From positions 992,001 to 1,056,000 of the forward strand of contig CAXXSR010000001.1 of assembly GCA_963662615.2 (NCBI GenBank): 64,000 nucleotides of DNA, in the 5' to 3' direction. The notes beneath the pieces are model-generated. The model saw nothing but the letters and a program-made list of their open reading frames with translations, did not search any database and had not been told where the DNA came from. The stretch comes from Dehalococcoidia bacterium. Lineage in GTDB: Bacteria; Chloroflexota; Dehalococcoidia; Bin125. Made by a program: the position numbers and the translations under genes. Below are positions 8,881 through 18,063 of the stretch, piece after piece; the stretch's first letter is position 1; each line of letters opens with the position of its first letter.

Positions 8881-9833
8881 GACCCTGAATCGTCGCCGGG
8901 CTCCACCCCCCGGCAGACGCTCCCCGGCCCCACACCGGCCCCCGCTGCCCACTCGTGCGCGGCGATGCGCTTGCCTCCCTCCGGCAGCACCGTCTCGACG
9001 CGCACGGCACCGCCGTCGCCGCAGCGGATCACCACGCCCTCCGCGCCCACGGCGGTGACGGCGCCTGCTGCTCCCACCTCTGCAGGGACCAGCCGCGAGC
9101 CGTAGAGGCGCACGGTGACCCCGTTCAGCACCGTCCAGGCGCCCGGCTGGCGGTCGCTGCCGCGGATGAATGTGTGCACCTCGCGCGCCGGCCGCGACCA
9201 GTCGATCTGGGCAATGTCGCCTTCCCAGGGCGGTTCGTAGGTGGCGGTCGCTTCGTCTTGGGGGATCCGCGGCGCCCTTCCTTGCGCCACCAAGCGGGCC
9301 GCCTCGCCCAACGCCTCCACGCCCAGGGGGAAGAGATGCTCCCGATAGACGCTGTTGACGGTGTCGTTCTGACCCAGCGGTACCCGCTTCTGCAGCAGGA
9401 TGGGGCCGGTATCAATGCCCGCATCCACCCAGAAGATCGTCAGCCCCGTCTCGCCGTCGCCCTGCAGCAGCGCGTGGTTGATGGCGCTTCGCCCGCGGTG
9501 CCTGGGCAAGAGGCTGGGGTGGAACTGAATGGTGTCGTGCGGCGGATGCTCCAGCACCTGGGCGGGAATGATCTGCGCCACGAACGCCATCACATTGAGT
9601 TCGGGATCGCTGCCGGCGTAGCGACGGAACAGATCCTCATCCACGACGCCCTGGCGCTGCCATCGCCGCGGCTGGACGACGGTTACGCCGTCTCCCCGCG
9701 CCGCCTCCGCCAGCGAGTCCGCCCGACCCTTCTCAGGTGGCGTGAACACAGCGACGATCTCGTGGCCGTCGTTGCGGAGCCGCTCGTACGTGGCCGCTCC
9801 GAACGCGGCCTGCCCGATGATGGCAATGCGCAT
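8877..9833 (-). CDS. Formyltransferase (Fmt / 10-formyl-THF hydrolase-like)
   Basis: MRIAIIGQAAFG, FHPSLLPRHRGRSAIN, GIDTGPILLQ, RIPQDEATATY. Confidence 0.85.
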   Translation of the reverse strand: MRIAIIGQAAFGAATYERLRNDGHEIVAVFTPPEKGRADSLAEAARGDGVTVVQPRRWQRQGVVDEDLFRRYAGSDPELNVMAFVAQIIPAQVLEHPPHDTIQFHPSLLPRHRGRSAINHALLQGDGETGLTIFWVDAGIDTGPILLQKRVPLGQNDTVNSVYREHLFPLGVEALGEAARLVAQGRAPRIPQDEATATYEPPWEGDIAQIDWSRPAREVHTFIRGSDRQPGAWTVLNGVTVRLYGSRLVPAEVGAAGAVTAVGAEGVVIRCGDGGAVRVETVLPEGGKRIAAHEWAAGAGVGPGSVCRGVEPGDDSGS

Positions 9834-9964
9834 GCTGTCCCCTGCCTCTCGGCGGACGAGAGGCTAGCGAACGCCGGGAGCAGCGGCAACGTGCGGCGGC
9901 AACGCGCGGCCGCCCCGGCGGCCGAGGGCGGGGCGGCAACTGCGCCGATTGCTCGGCGGCGCCG

Positions 9965-10345
9965 TCAGCTGAGGTGGCAGTAGAACTCGCGCTGCTGGGG
10001 CGGGCCGGTGATGTGATCGATACGCAAGCGCAGCGCCGGGCTGCTCTCCGTGCGCAGGACGATCAGCGGCTGGTCGGCGTAGACCATCGCCTCCAGCACG
10101 CCCCGCGGCTCCACCTCCGTGATCTGGATGCTGTACGCGCCGACCACGTGATCGCGCCGGCGCGGGGCAGCCTGCCCCTTCGCGACGATCGTCCCGCTGG
10201 GGGTCATTACTGTGCAGGCCATTGCCTGAGATGGGATGGCGCTCTCATCGAGCGCCGGCATCGGCGAGGGCAAGCGAACCATGGGGCCCCTCCGGCCCCA
10301 CCACCTACTGTAATAGGAGATAGACGGTTTATCGGTTTCTGTCAA
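9965..10345 (-). CDS. Hypothetical protein (start uncertain)
   Basis: ORF with host-like codon usage in its 3' two-thirds; no motif recognised. Confidence 0.5.
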   Translation of the reverse strand: MTETDKPSISYYSRWWGRRGPMVRLPSPMPALDESAIPSQAMACTVMTPSGTIVAKGQAAPRRRDHVVGAYSIQITEVEPRGVLEAMVYADQPLIVLRTESSPALRLRIDHITGPPQQREFYCHLS

Positions 10346-10422
10346 TGGGAGGGAGGCGGTCCATGCGATCGAGCGGGCCGTCGCGCCGTGGGGAGGGCCG
10401 GCTTCGCGCGCTAAATCGCCTG

Positions 10423-10821
10423 CTAAACCTCTAGCAGGCCGCTCTCGCCGCCCTGATCGTCGTCGTCCTCATCATCGTCGAACTTGTCGGCACCCAAGCC
10501 GAAGCCGATGTAGATGAAGCCGCCCAGCCCCAAGCCCAGGAAGAGGCCCGCCCCCACGATGATCCACAGCAGCCACTCTGAGAAGCCGCCCGAGTCGGTG
10601 CTGAGGTGCTGGTTCCCCGCGCCCAGGTTGATCATGATCGCATTGACCACGATCCCGAGGATCATGCCCACGAAGAGCCCCGGCAGAAGCAGCGCCACTT
10701 TTACCAGGGGCGGCGCTTCACGGAGCCACTTTGGCAGCAAGAACGAGGGAACGAGCGGCGGCACGACTCTGACTCCTAGAAGTGGCGGCTCCGGGCGCTG
10801 CGGGGGGCAGCCCCTCTCCAT
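10423..10821 (-). CDS. Hypothetical membrane protein (2 TM, acidic tail; start uncertain)
   Basis: Two hydrophobic segments, C-terminal DDDEDDDD. Confidence 0.65.
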   Translation of the reverse strand: MERGCPPQRPEPPLLGVRVVPPLVPSFLLPKWLREAPPLVKVALLLPGLFVGMILGIVVNAIMINLGAGNQHLSTDSGGFSEWLLWIIVGAGLFLGLGLGGFIYIGFGLGADKFDDDEDDDDQGGESGLLEV

Positions 10822-10950
10822 TAAGTATCGCGCCCTCTCCGCTCATCCGTCTAGGAGGCTGCTGGCCCGGGGTGGCAGCGCGGGCTACGCTGCCAGCGAT
10901 GCGCGGCGACCGTCGCCGGCTAGGGGGCGGGACGCCCGCGTAGAGGAGCC

Positions 10951-12867
10951 ATGGAGGACGTTCCCCACTGGTCGCGGCTGCGCCGGACTCGGCTGTCGCG
11001 ACGCGCCCTGCTGTGGGCGAGCGGCCGCGCCGGCGTCGGCGCGGTGGGGCTGGCGCTCGTGGGCTGTGGCGGCGACGACGACGAGGAGCCGCCCGAGGAG
11101 ACGCCTGCGGCCGCCGACGCCCCGACGGACGAGACGCCGCCCCAGCCGCCAATCGAGGAACCGGACGCCGTGGAGGCGCCGGAGCCGGAACCGCGGCAAG
11201 CACCGCTCACGCCGGTGCGCGGCGGCATTGCCCAACTATTCTCCGCCACGGAGATCCACGACCGCTGGGACCCTCACCGCTCGCGCTTCAGCCAGACACA
11301 GGCCGTTCACAGCCTGATGTACAACCGGCTCATCCGCTTCGATTCGGTCTCCGAAGGGACGCTGGAGGGAGACATCTGCGATCTTCCCGAGACGCCCGAC
11401 GAGGAAACTTACATCTTCACGATCCGGCCCGGCGTCCGCTTCTGGGACCGCGAGCCCACCAACGGCCGCCCCTTCACCGCGGAGGACATCCGCTTCAACA
11501 TCCAGCGTCAGATGGGTGGTCGGGACAGCGAGGAGAACCCCGACCCGCTGTTCTATCGCCAGAGCGACTACCGCCGCACCGCCTCCATGGAGGTGCGCGA
11601 CAGTCGCACCATCGTCCTCAAGACGGACGGGCCCGACGCCACCTACCTCGCCTCCGTGCACGCCGGGCCCTGGAGCTGGATGACCAGCCCCGAGGCGGTG
11701 GAGAGCTTCGGGGCCGACTGGCGCACGCAAGTCGACGACATCCAGCTGAACAGCGGCACCGGCCCGTTCGTTCCCGTTGAGTTCACTCGCGGCGGTGACC
11801 TGATCCTGCGCCGATCGACGAACTGGTGGCGCGCCGACGGCGCCTACTTGGACGGGCTCATCCTGCGACGGACGCCCAACCCCGGTATCGCCTTGACCTA
11901 TCGGGCCGGCCAGTTCGACCGCGCCGACTTCCCACTCGGCAAGAGCGAGATCGAGTCGCTGCGGACCGAGTTCCCGGACCACAACGCGTACGAATTTCCC
12001 CTGGACACGCCGGTCCAGCTCAGCTTCGTGATCAGCGACGATCCGGAGAGCCCGTTCCGCGATCCGCGAGTTGGCTTGGCGATCAGCCTTGCCATCAACC
12101 GCTTTGAAATAATCGATCGTCTCTACCTCGGAGACGGCCGCCCTTCCGGCCCTCTGCCCTGGTTCCTCCAGGGCTGGGCCATTCCCGAAGAAGAGCTCTT
12201 GACGCGGCCGGGCTACCGCCTCAACAAGGAGGATGATCTGAGCGAGATTCAGTTGCTCCTCGCCAGCGCCGGTGGCGCCGAAGCGATCGGCGATGTGGAG
12301 ATCGTGATTCCCGACCTGTTCGAAGGCTTCTTCCCCGGCATCTCGGCGAGTCTCACGAGCATGCTGGAGCGCAATCTTGGCCTGCAGGTCACCAACAGCT
12401 TCCGTTCCTACCAGACCATCACCGATCAGCTGCGCAAGGGCGACCTCTCCTTCGTCTTCGGCTGGGGTCCCGCGCCGCGGCAGGCCGACCCCACCGACCA
12501 CTGGCTGCGTGTCGCTCACACGGACGGCGAAGGCAACTATGGGCGCTATTCCAATGCCGAGGTGGACGGCCTGATTGACCGCATGCGCGTCACGCTTGAT
12601 GAGGATGAGCGCAAGGTGCTTGCCCGCCAGGTCCAGCAGATCCTCCTGGAATCCGGCTTCTGGGTGCAGAACGTCGCCAACGGCATCCAGCTGGGAATCG
12701 CCCGCCCCTACCTGCACCTCGACCCGCGCGCCCTCGACTTCGCCTGGGCCGCGCACCACCTCGACAACACCTGGATCGATACGGCCGACCCCGACTACCC
12801 CTCGGAGCGCACCCTGCCGGGCGACGACGACAGCGAAGGACAAGGCGCCGAAGACGGGGACGGCTAG
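10951..12867 (+). CDS. ABC transporter substrate-binding lipoprotein, family 5, Tat-exported
   Basis: LSRRALL twin-arginine signal, LVGC lipobox, YIFTIRPGVRFWD, FTAEDI, GTGPF, PFRDPRV, YSNAEVDGLI. Confidence 0.9.
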   Translation: MEDVPHWSRLRRTRLSRRALLWASGRAGVGAVGLALVGCGGDDDEEPPEETPAAADAPTDETPPQPPIEEPDAVEAPEPEPRQAPLTPVRGGIAQLFSATEIHDRWDPHRSRFSQTQAVHSLMYNRLIRFDSVSEGTLEGDICDLPETPDEETYIFTIRPGVRFWDREPTNGRPFTAEDIRFNIQRQMGGRDSEENPDPLFYRQSDYRRTASMEVRDSRTIVLKTDGPDATYLASVHAGPWSWMTSPEAVESFGADWRTQVDDIQLNSGTGPFVPVEFTRGGDLILRRSTNWWRADGAYLDGLILRRTPNPGIALTYRAGQFDRADFPLGKSEIESLRTEFPDHNAYEFPLDTPVQLSFVISDDPESPFRDPRVGLAISLAINRFEIIDRLYLGDGRPSGPLPWFLQGWAIPEEELLTRPGYRLNKEDDLSEIQLLLASAGGAEAIGDVEIVIPDLFEGFFPGISASLTSMLERNLGLQVTNSFRSYQTITDQLRKGDLSFVFGWGPAPRQADPTDHWLRVAHTDGEGNYGRYSNAEVDGLIDRMRVTLDEDERKVLARQVQQILLESGFWVQNVANGIQLGIARPYLHLDPRALDFAWAAHHLDNTWIDTADPDYPSERTLPGDDDSEGQGAEDGDG

Positions 12868-13011
12868 ACCCGCGCGGGCGCAGGCGCGGCCTGAAGGCAG
12901 CGGACCAGAATCTGCCGGCGGTACCCACGGCCCGGCTGTAGGCGCTAGACTTGCCGAAATCTGAGCCGGTGCAGGCCGGATCCGAACCCAGCCGAGGAAG
13001 GGGGAACTGCT

Positions 13012-13452
13012 ATGCCGAAGCACACAGCCACCGTGGAGATCAACGCCTCGCCCGACAAGGTGTGGGCGATAGTCTCGGACGGCGCGCGCCTGACGGAGTG
13101 GTTGACGCCGGTCCGTGGCGTCGACAGTGTCGATCCGCAGGGGCCGCTGAAGGTCGGCAGCCAGATCGAAGCGACCCTCGGCAAGGCCGGCGGCGCTCAG
13201 CTCAGGATTAAAGAAGCGCAGCAGGGGCGGCGGCTGCGTTGGGCGGCCGGGCCCGCCATGGCGCACATGATGCGGATGCCCATGCACGTGGAGCTGGACC
13301 TGGAGCCGCGTGGCGAGTCCACGGCGGCCACCATCACCTTCAAGGCCAACCCCATGATCGCGCCGCTGATGAAGATGATGAGCGGCCTCAACCTTGGCGC
13401 CGAGGCCCCGAACACGGTGCAGAAGCTGAAGCAGGTCGTCGAGGCCGGCTAG
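13012..13452 (+). CDS. SRPBCC family protein
   Basis: EINASPDKVWAIVSD..RLTEW; LKQVVE terminus. Confidence 0.85.
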   Translation: MPKHTATVEINASPDKVWAIVSDGARLTEWLTPVRGVDSVDPQGPLKVGSQIEATLGKAGGAQLRIKEAQQGRRLRWAAGPAMAHMMRMPMHVELDLEPRGESTAATITFKANPMIAPLMKMMSGLNLGAEAPNTVQKLKQVVEAG

Positions 13453-13458
13453 GCGAAC

Positions 13459-13884
13459 GTGACCGTGTCGCTCTCCTCCGGCCGCGGGGACCCGATGGCG
13501 CAGCTCGAAGGCCTGGAGCGGGAGTTGGGGCGGCGGCCCGCCTTGCCCCTGATCGCGCTGGGCCTGACGGGGTTCGGGCTGATCCTCCTCGTGGTGCTCA
13601 CCATCATCGCCGGCGTCGCTTACGCCGATAACTGGGGCGCCGGCGGCGACGCCGCTCGCTCCGCCGCGACGTTCAAGCCCTGGTTCCGCATGGCGCTCCT
13701 GACGGCCATGGGCATCATGCTCACCGGCATTATCACCATGCTGCTGGCGATCATCGCGCGAATCTGGTGGGTCACCACCAGCAACCGCATGTTCTTCCCC
13801 GTCATCGTCGACGCCCGTCGGGGGGCGGAGGGCCGTGCGCCCCGCTTCGTTCGGCGGCGCGCGGACGACAAGGGAGGCGCCTGA
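13459..13884 (+). CDS. Hypothetical membrane protein (2 TM); start may be ATG 13495
   Basis: Two long hydrophobic helices; stop overlaps next ATG (TGATG). Confidence 0.75.
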   Translation: MTVSLSSGRGDPMAQLEGLERELGRRPALPLIALGLTGFGLILLVVLTIIAGVAYADNWGAGGDAARSAATFKPWFRMALLTAMGIMLTGIITMLLAIIARIWWVTTSNRMFFPVIVDARRGAEGRAPRFVRRRADDKGGA

Positions 13885-14567
13885 TGGCCGTGGGCACGGC
13901 GGCGGTCGGCTCCGCGGATCTGGCGCGACGAGTCGAGGAGCGCATGGCCCAGCTTCCGGCGGTCCAGATGACCGCCATGCAGGCGATGGCCACGTTCTTG
14001 TGGCGGCCCCTGGCGGTGATGGGGATGCTGGTGCTCGTCTCGGGCGCCATCATCGCCGGCGTCAACTCCTTCCGCGTCGACGAGTTCTTCGGGCTCGCCG
14101 CGCCGGACGTCGGTGCGCGGAGCACCTTCCAGAGCATGCAGGCGTGGCTCCCCGGCTACCAGTTCATGGGGATGGGCTTCATGTTCGCCGCCATCACCAT
14201 GGTCGTCGCCTCCATCCTGGGGCGGCTGCGAATCCTGGGCGGCACCGTCCAAGGCTCCCTGGGGGCTCGCATCATCTACCCGCCCTTCCCCTTAAGCGCC
14301 CGCATCTTCCCCCTGCTCATGCTGTTCGGCCTGATCATCTTCCTGACCCAGCTGGGCCTGAGCGCCTGGTTGGCGACCGAGGCGAAGGCGGGCGACATGC
14401 AGACCGTGACGACCCACGCCGACTGGGTCCAGGGCATGCGCTTCGTCGGCGTGGGCGTGATGCTGACGGGGATCGCCCTGGCGCTGTTCACGATCACCGG
14501 GCTCATGCGCTTCTTGGCCGGTCGCATCCGCGAGGTCGCTGCGGAGGCGATCGAGGTCGACTCCTAG
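13884..14567 (+). CDS. Hypothetical membrane protein (4 TM, internally duplicated)
   Basis: ATG 13884 with GGGAGG RBS, coupled to upstream stop; four hydrophobic helices. Confidence 0.8.
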   Translation: MAVGTAAVGSADLARRVEERMAQLPAVQMTAMQAMATFLWRPLAVMGMLVLVSGAIIAGVNSFRVDEFFGLAAPDVGARSTFQSMQAWLPGYQFMGMGFMFAAITMVVASILGRLRILGGTVQGSLGARIIYPPFPLSARIFPLLMLFGLIIFLTQLGLSAWLATEAKAGDMQTVTTHADWVQGMRFVGVGVMLTGIALALFTITGLMRFLAGRIREVAAEAIEVDS

Positions 14568-14632
14568 ATCTGAAAGCCGAGCCGGTCCCGGCCCGAGCGC
14601 CCCGCACCCCAGCCGGCACGGCCGCTCGTATC

Positions 14633-15010
14633 ATGCGAGTGGTGAGCGTTCACAGCGTCCAGACCCGCACCTGCGCGCATTGCGCCGCCTTGACCGCCGA
14701 CCGCCGCGTCTTCCGCATGAAGGACGCGCGGGGCTTGGTGCTGAACTGCTTGGGCTGCGCAGTGCGCGACGGCCGTCTGCTCCGGCGCGCCGCGCTGACG
14801 GCGCTGGTGGTCGGCACGATCCTCACCCTCATCAATCAGGGCCCCGCCATCTTCGGCGGCGACATTCACGACTCGCTCGCCTGGAAGATCCCGCTGACCT
14901 ACAGCGTCCCCTTTCTCGTGGTGACCTTCGGCGCCCTCGCCAACGCCGCTGAACGGCTCCGGGGCGGCCCCCAGGAGGACGGGTCGCCGCGGCCGCCGTC
15001 GCGCGACTGA
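14633..15010 (+). CDS. NrtS-like small membrane protein with N-terminal CxxC...CxxC
   Basis: ALVVGTILTLINQG...LTYSVPFLVVTFG resembles NrtS; CAHC and CLGC upstream. Confidence 0.65.
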   Translation: MRVVSVHSVQTRTCAHCAALTADRRVFRMKDARGLVLNCLGCAVRDGRLLRRAALTALVVGTILTLINQGPAIFGGDIHDSLAWKIPLTYSVPFLVVTFGALANAAERLRGGPQEDGSPRPPSRD

Positions 15011-15041
15011 GCTCTGCTGCCACTGCACGCAAGCCCCGAGG

Positions 15042-15235
15042 CGTTCGTCCTGAGCCTGTCGAAGGGCGAATACGGCCGCCGACATCGTTCTGACCATCAA
15101 ACCCTGGCGCGAGCGGTTACCAGCGCCGCGGTGGCACCGACGAGCCGCGAGCGCGGGTGAAAGAAACCGTTCGTCCTGAGCCTGCCTGTCCTGATCCTTC
15201 CCAGCGGGAAGGACGAAGGGTCGAAGGGCGAACGG
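15042..15235. repeat. Two REP-like palindromic elements (15042-15075, 15167-15235)
   Basis: CGTTCGTCCTGAGCCTG...TCGAAGGGCGAA with complementary termini CCGTTCG/CGAACGG; related copies at 62412 and 62943. Confidence 0.8.
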
Positions 15236-15251
15236 TGATCCAGCGCGCGCT

Positions 15252-16424
15252 TCAGCCTCGCGGCAAACCCAGCCCTCGGGTAGCGATGATGTTGCGTTGG
15301 ATTTCGCTCGTCCCCGCCGCGATGGTGAGCGGCACGGCGTGGAGATACTCCTGCGGCAGGCGGGCGGCGAGAGGAGCCCAGGTTCCGTCATCGCGGAGCT
15401 GGGCCGCCAGGCCCACAACGTTCAGCATGTTCGCCAGCCGTTGCTGGAGTTCGGAGCCGTACAGCTTGCTGATGCTGGCCTCGTAGTTGGGCGTCAGCCC
15501 CGCGCTCTGCATCCACGCCACCCGATAGGCCAGCAGCCGCCCCACCGCGAACTCCACGTGCAGATCCGCCAGCCGGTAGCGCACCTGATCGTCGTCGAGA
15601 AGGCGGCGGCCGTCGGGGCCGGGCCGCTTGGCGACCTTCGTCAGCTCGGCCAGCGTGCGGATCCCGTTCATCACCCGCCCGATTCCGGAACGCTCGAAGT
15701 CCAGCGTCTTCGTCCCCACGTACCAACCTTGGTTCTCCTCCCCCACCACGTTCGCCGCCGGGACGCGCACGTCCTCAAAGAAGACCTCGTTGAAGTAGCG
15801 CCGGCCGCTCATGTCGACGAGCGGGCGCACCGTGATCCCGGGCGTCGTCATATCGATGAGGAAGAAGGAGATGCCGCGGTGCTTGGGCGCGTCGGGGTCG
15901 GTGCGGGCGAGGAGGAAGATCCAGTCGGCGTGGTGTGCGTGCGACGTCCAGATCTTCTGCCCGTTGATGACGTAGTCATCGCCGTCGCGGACCGCCCGTG
16001 TCTGCAATGACGCCAGGTCCGACCCCGACCCCGGCTCGCTGAAGCCCTGGCACCAGACGATCTCCGCGTCGCGGATCTTGGGCAGGAAAAAGGCCCGTTG
16101 CTCGGCGCTGCCGGAGAGCATGATTGTGGGGCCGACGCGATCGGCGCCCTGGCTGTAGATCGGCGCCCGCTCGTACGCCATCGTCTCCGTGAAGAGCGCC
16201 TGCCGGATGTGCCCCGCGCCGGCGCCGCCGTGCTCCCGCGGCCAAGCCAGCGTCAGCCAGCCCCGCTCCGCCAGCCGTTTCTGGAACGACCGCGTGAAGC
16301 GCCAGCGCTCGTCGTCGTCCCGGCCGTCCACGCTCGACTGCCACCAGGCCGGCAGCTCCGCGGCGAGGAACGCCTGGACGTCGGCGCGGAAGGCTTCGTC
16401 TTCGTCGGAGAAGCGGAACTCCAT
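15252..16424 (-). CDS. Acyl-CoA dehydrogenase family protein
   Basis: WCQGFSEPGSGSDLASL, NGQKIWTS, FNEVFFEDV, TIAAGTSEIQRNII. Confidence 0.95.
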   Translation of the reverse strand: MEFRFSDEDEAFRADVQAFLAAELPAWWQSSVDGRDDDERWRFTRSFQKRLAERGWLTLAWPREHGGAGAGHIRQALFTETMAYERAPIYSQGADRVGPTIMLSGSAEQRAFFLPKIRDAEIVWCQGFSEPGSGSDLASLQTRAVRDGDDYVINGQKIWTSHAHHADWIFLLARTDPDAPKHRGISFFLIDMTTPGITVRPLVDMSGRRYFNEVFFEDVRVPAANVVGEENQGWYVGTKTLDFERSGIGRVMNGIRTLAELTKVAKRPGPDGRRLLDDDQVRYRLADLHVEFAVGRLLAYRVAWMQSAGLTPNYEASISKLYGSELQQRLANMLNVVGLAAQLRDDGTWAPLAARLPQEYLHAVPLTIAAGTSEIQRNIIATRGLGLPRG

Positions 16425-16602
16425 GCCACGACCCTTGCATCGATGACCCGTCGGATGCTAGCAGGGCGCCGTCGACGCCGACGGCCCGGGAGAGCGATGG
16501 GCGCTCTCGCGATCACCTAACGATCGCCCGTCTGGAGATCGCCTAGACTCCGCGATCGACGGAGCCCAAAGCGACGCTCTGAAAGCAGCGAAGGAGCCGG
16601 CG

Positions 16603-17832
16603 ATGACGACGGGACCGCTCACGGGCATCAAAATGATCGAGTGCACGACGTGGGGTTTCGGCCCCATCGGCGGGCTCATGCTGGGCGACCTGGGCGCCGA
16701 CATCGTCAAGATCGAGAGCCCCGACCGGCCCGACGGCGCCCGTCACCTGATGAACGTCGCCGGCATCGACAACCTCATGCCGGACGGCCGCTCGGCCACC
16801 TTCCAGAGCTTCAACCGCAACAAGCGATCCCTGGCGCTGAACCTGAAGTCGGAGCGCGGGCGGGAGATCCTCAAAGCGTTGATCGTCGATACCGACATCT
16901 TTTTGGAGAACTACCGCCCCGGCAGCTTCGAGGAGATGGGTCTGGGCTACGACGTCCTCTCCCGTCTCAACCCCCGTCTCATCTATGCCGCCGCCGCGGG
17001 CTACGGCTTCAAGGGCGAGGAGGCGCACAAGCCCGCCCTCGACGCCGTGGGCCAGGCGCGCTCTGGCTTCATGTGGTCTCAGGGCGCCCCCGGCGACCCG
17101 CCCAACTGGAACACCCTCGCCGTCGCCGACGTCATGGGCGCCACCTGCCTCGCCTACGGCATCCTGGCCGCCGTCGCCGCCCGCGAACTGCAGGGCGGTC
17201 TGGGGCAGAAGGTGGAGGTCTCCCACATCATGGCGAACATGTGGCTCTCCTACTGGGGCATCGCCGTCTCCATGCTCAAGGGCTATGACGAATGGCCCCG
17301 CTTCGACCGCCGCAACGCCGGCAACCCGCTCTGGAACCTCTACGAGTGCGGCGACGGCGAGTGGATCATGCTCGGCATCCTCCACGCCGATCGCGACTGG
17401 CCCGGCTTCTGCGAGGTCATGGGGCTCGACGGCTTGGTCGACGACCCTCGCTTCGTCGATATGGAAAAACGCAAGGCGAACGCTGGGGAGCTGATCGCGA
17501 TGCTGGACGCGCACTTTGCCACGGCGCCGCGCGCTGACTGGGAAGAGCGCCTGGGCCGCGACCGCGACCTCATCTTCACGCGCGTGCAGCGCATCGGCGA
17601 CCTGCCCTACGACCCCGCCATTCTCGCCAACGACTACCTCATCGACTACCACCATCGCCACTACGGCACGGTGAAGGCGCTGACCCACCCCGTCACCCTC
17701 TCGCGCACGCCCGCCTCCATCCGCCGCGACGCCCCCGAGCTGGGCGAGCACACCGCGGAGATCCTCAAAGAGCGCTTGGGCTACGGGGATGAGGAGATCG
17801 CGGAGCTTGTCGCGGAGGGGGTCGTTGCCTAA
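16603..17832 (+). CDS. Class III CoA-transferase (CaiB/BaiF)
   Basis: LGDLGADIVKIE, NRNKRSLALNLK, ENYRPG, APELGEHT. Confidence 0.93.
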   Translation: MTTGPLTGIKMIECTTWGFGPIGGLMLGDLGADIVKIESPDRPDGARHLMNVAGIDNLMPDGRSATFQSFNRNKRSLALNLKSERGREILKALIVDTDIFLENYRPGSFEEMGLGYDVLSRLNPRLIYAAAAGYGFKGEEAHKPALDAVGQARSGFMWSQGAPGDPPNWNTLAVADVMGATCLAYGILAAVAARELQGGLGQKVEVSHIMANMWLSYWGIAVSMLKGYDEWPRFDRRNAGNPLWNLYECGDGEWIMLGILHADRDWPGFCEVMGLDGLVDDPRFVDMEKRKANAGELIAMLDAHFATAPRADWEERLGRDRDLIFTRVQRIGDLPYDPAILANDYLIDYHHRHYGTVKALTHPVTLSRTPASIRRDAPELGEHTAEILKERLGYGDEEIAELVAEGVVA

Positions 17833-18063
17833 GGCGGGGTGCGGCGCAACGGAATGAGAATAAGGATTCAGAGTTCGCGATCTAGTGATCCTGGGCCTGA
17901 CGGCGGTCGTCGCGCTGCGGCTGGCTCAGCTTTCGGGGGCAGGTCACTCTTGTGTGCCGTTGAACTCATGTGAGCATTCGTAAGCCTACCGGATCCACTA
18001 GCCTAGCCATGTCTATCGGTTTCGCCACAATGGGGGCCTAGCGCCTGCAAGCGAGTCCTTGGA

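Noticed and set aside
11236-13287. 683-aa minus-strand ORF
   Set aside because: Antisense to the well-supported SBP and SRPBCC genes.
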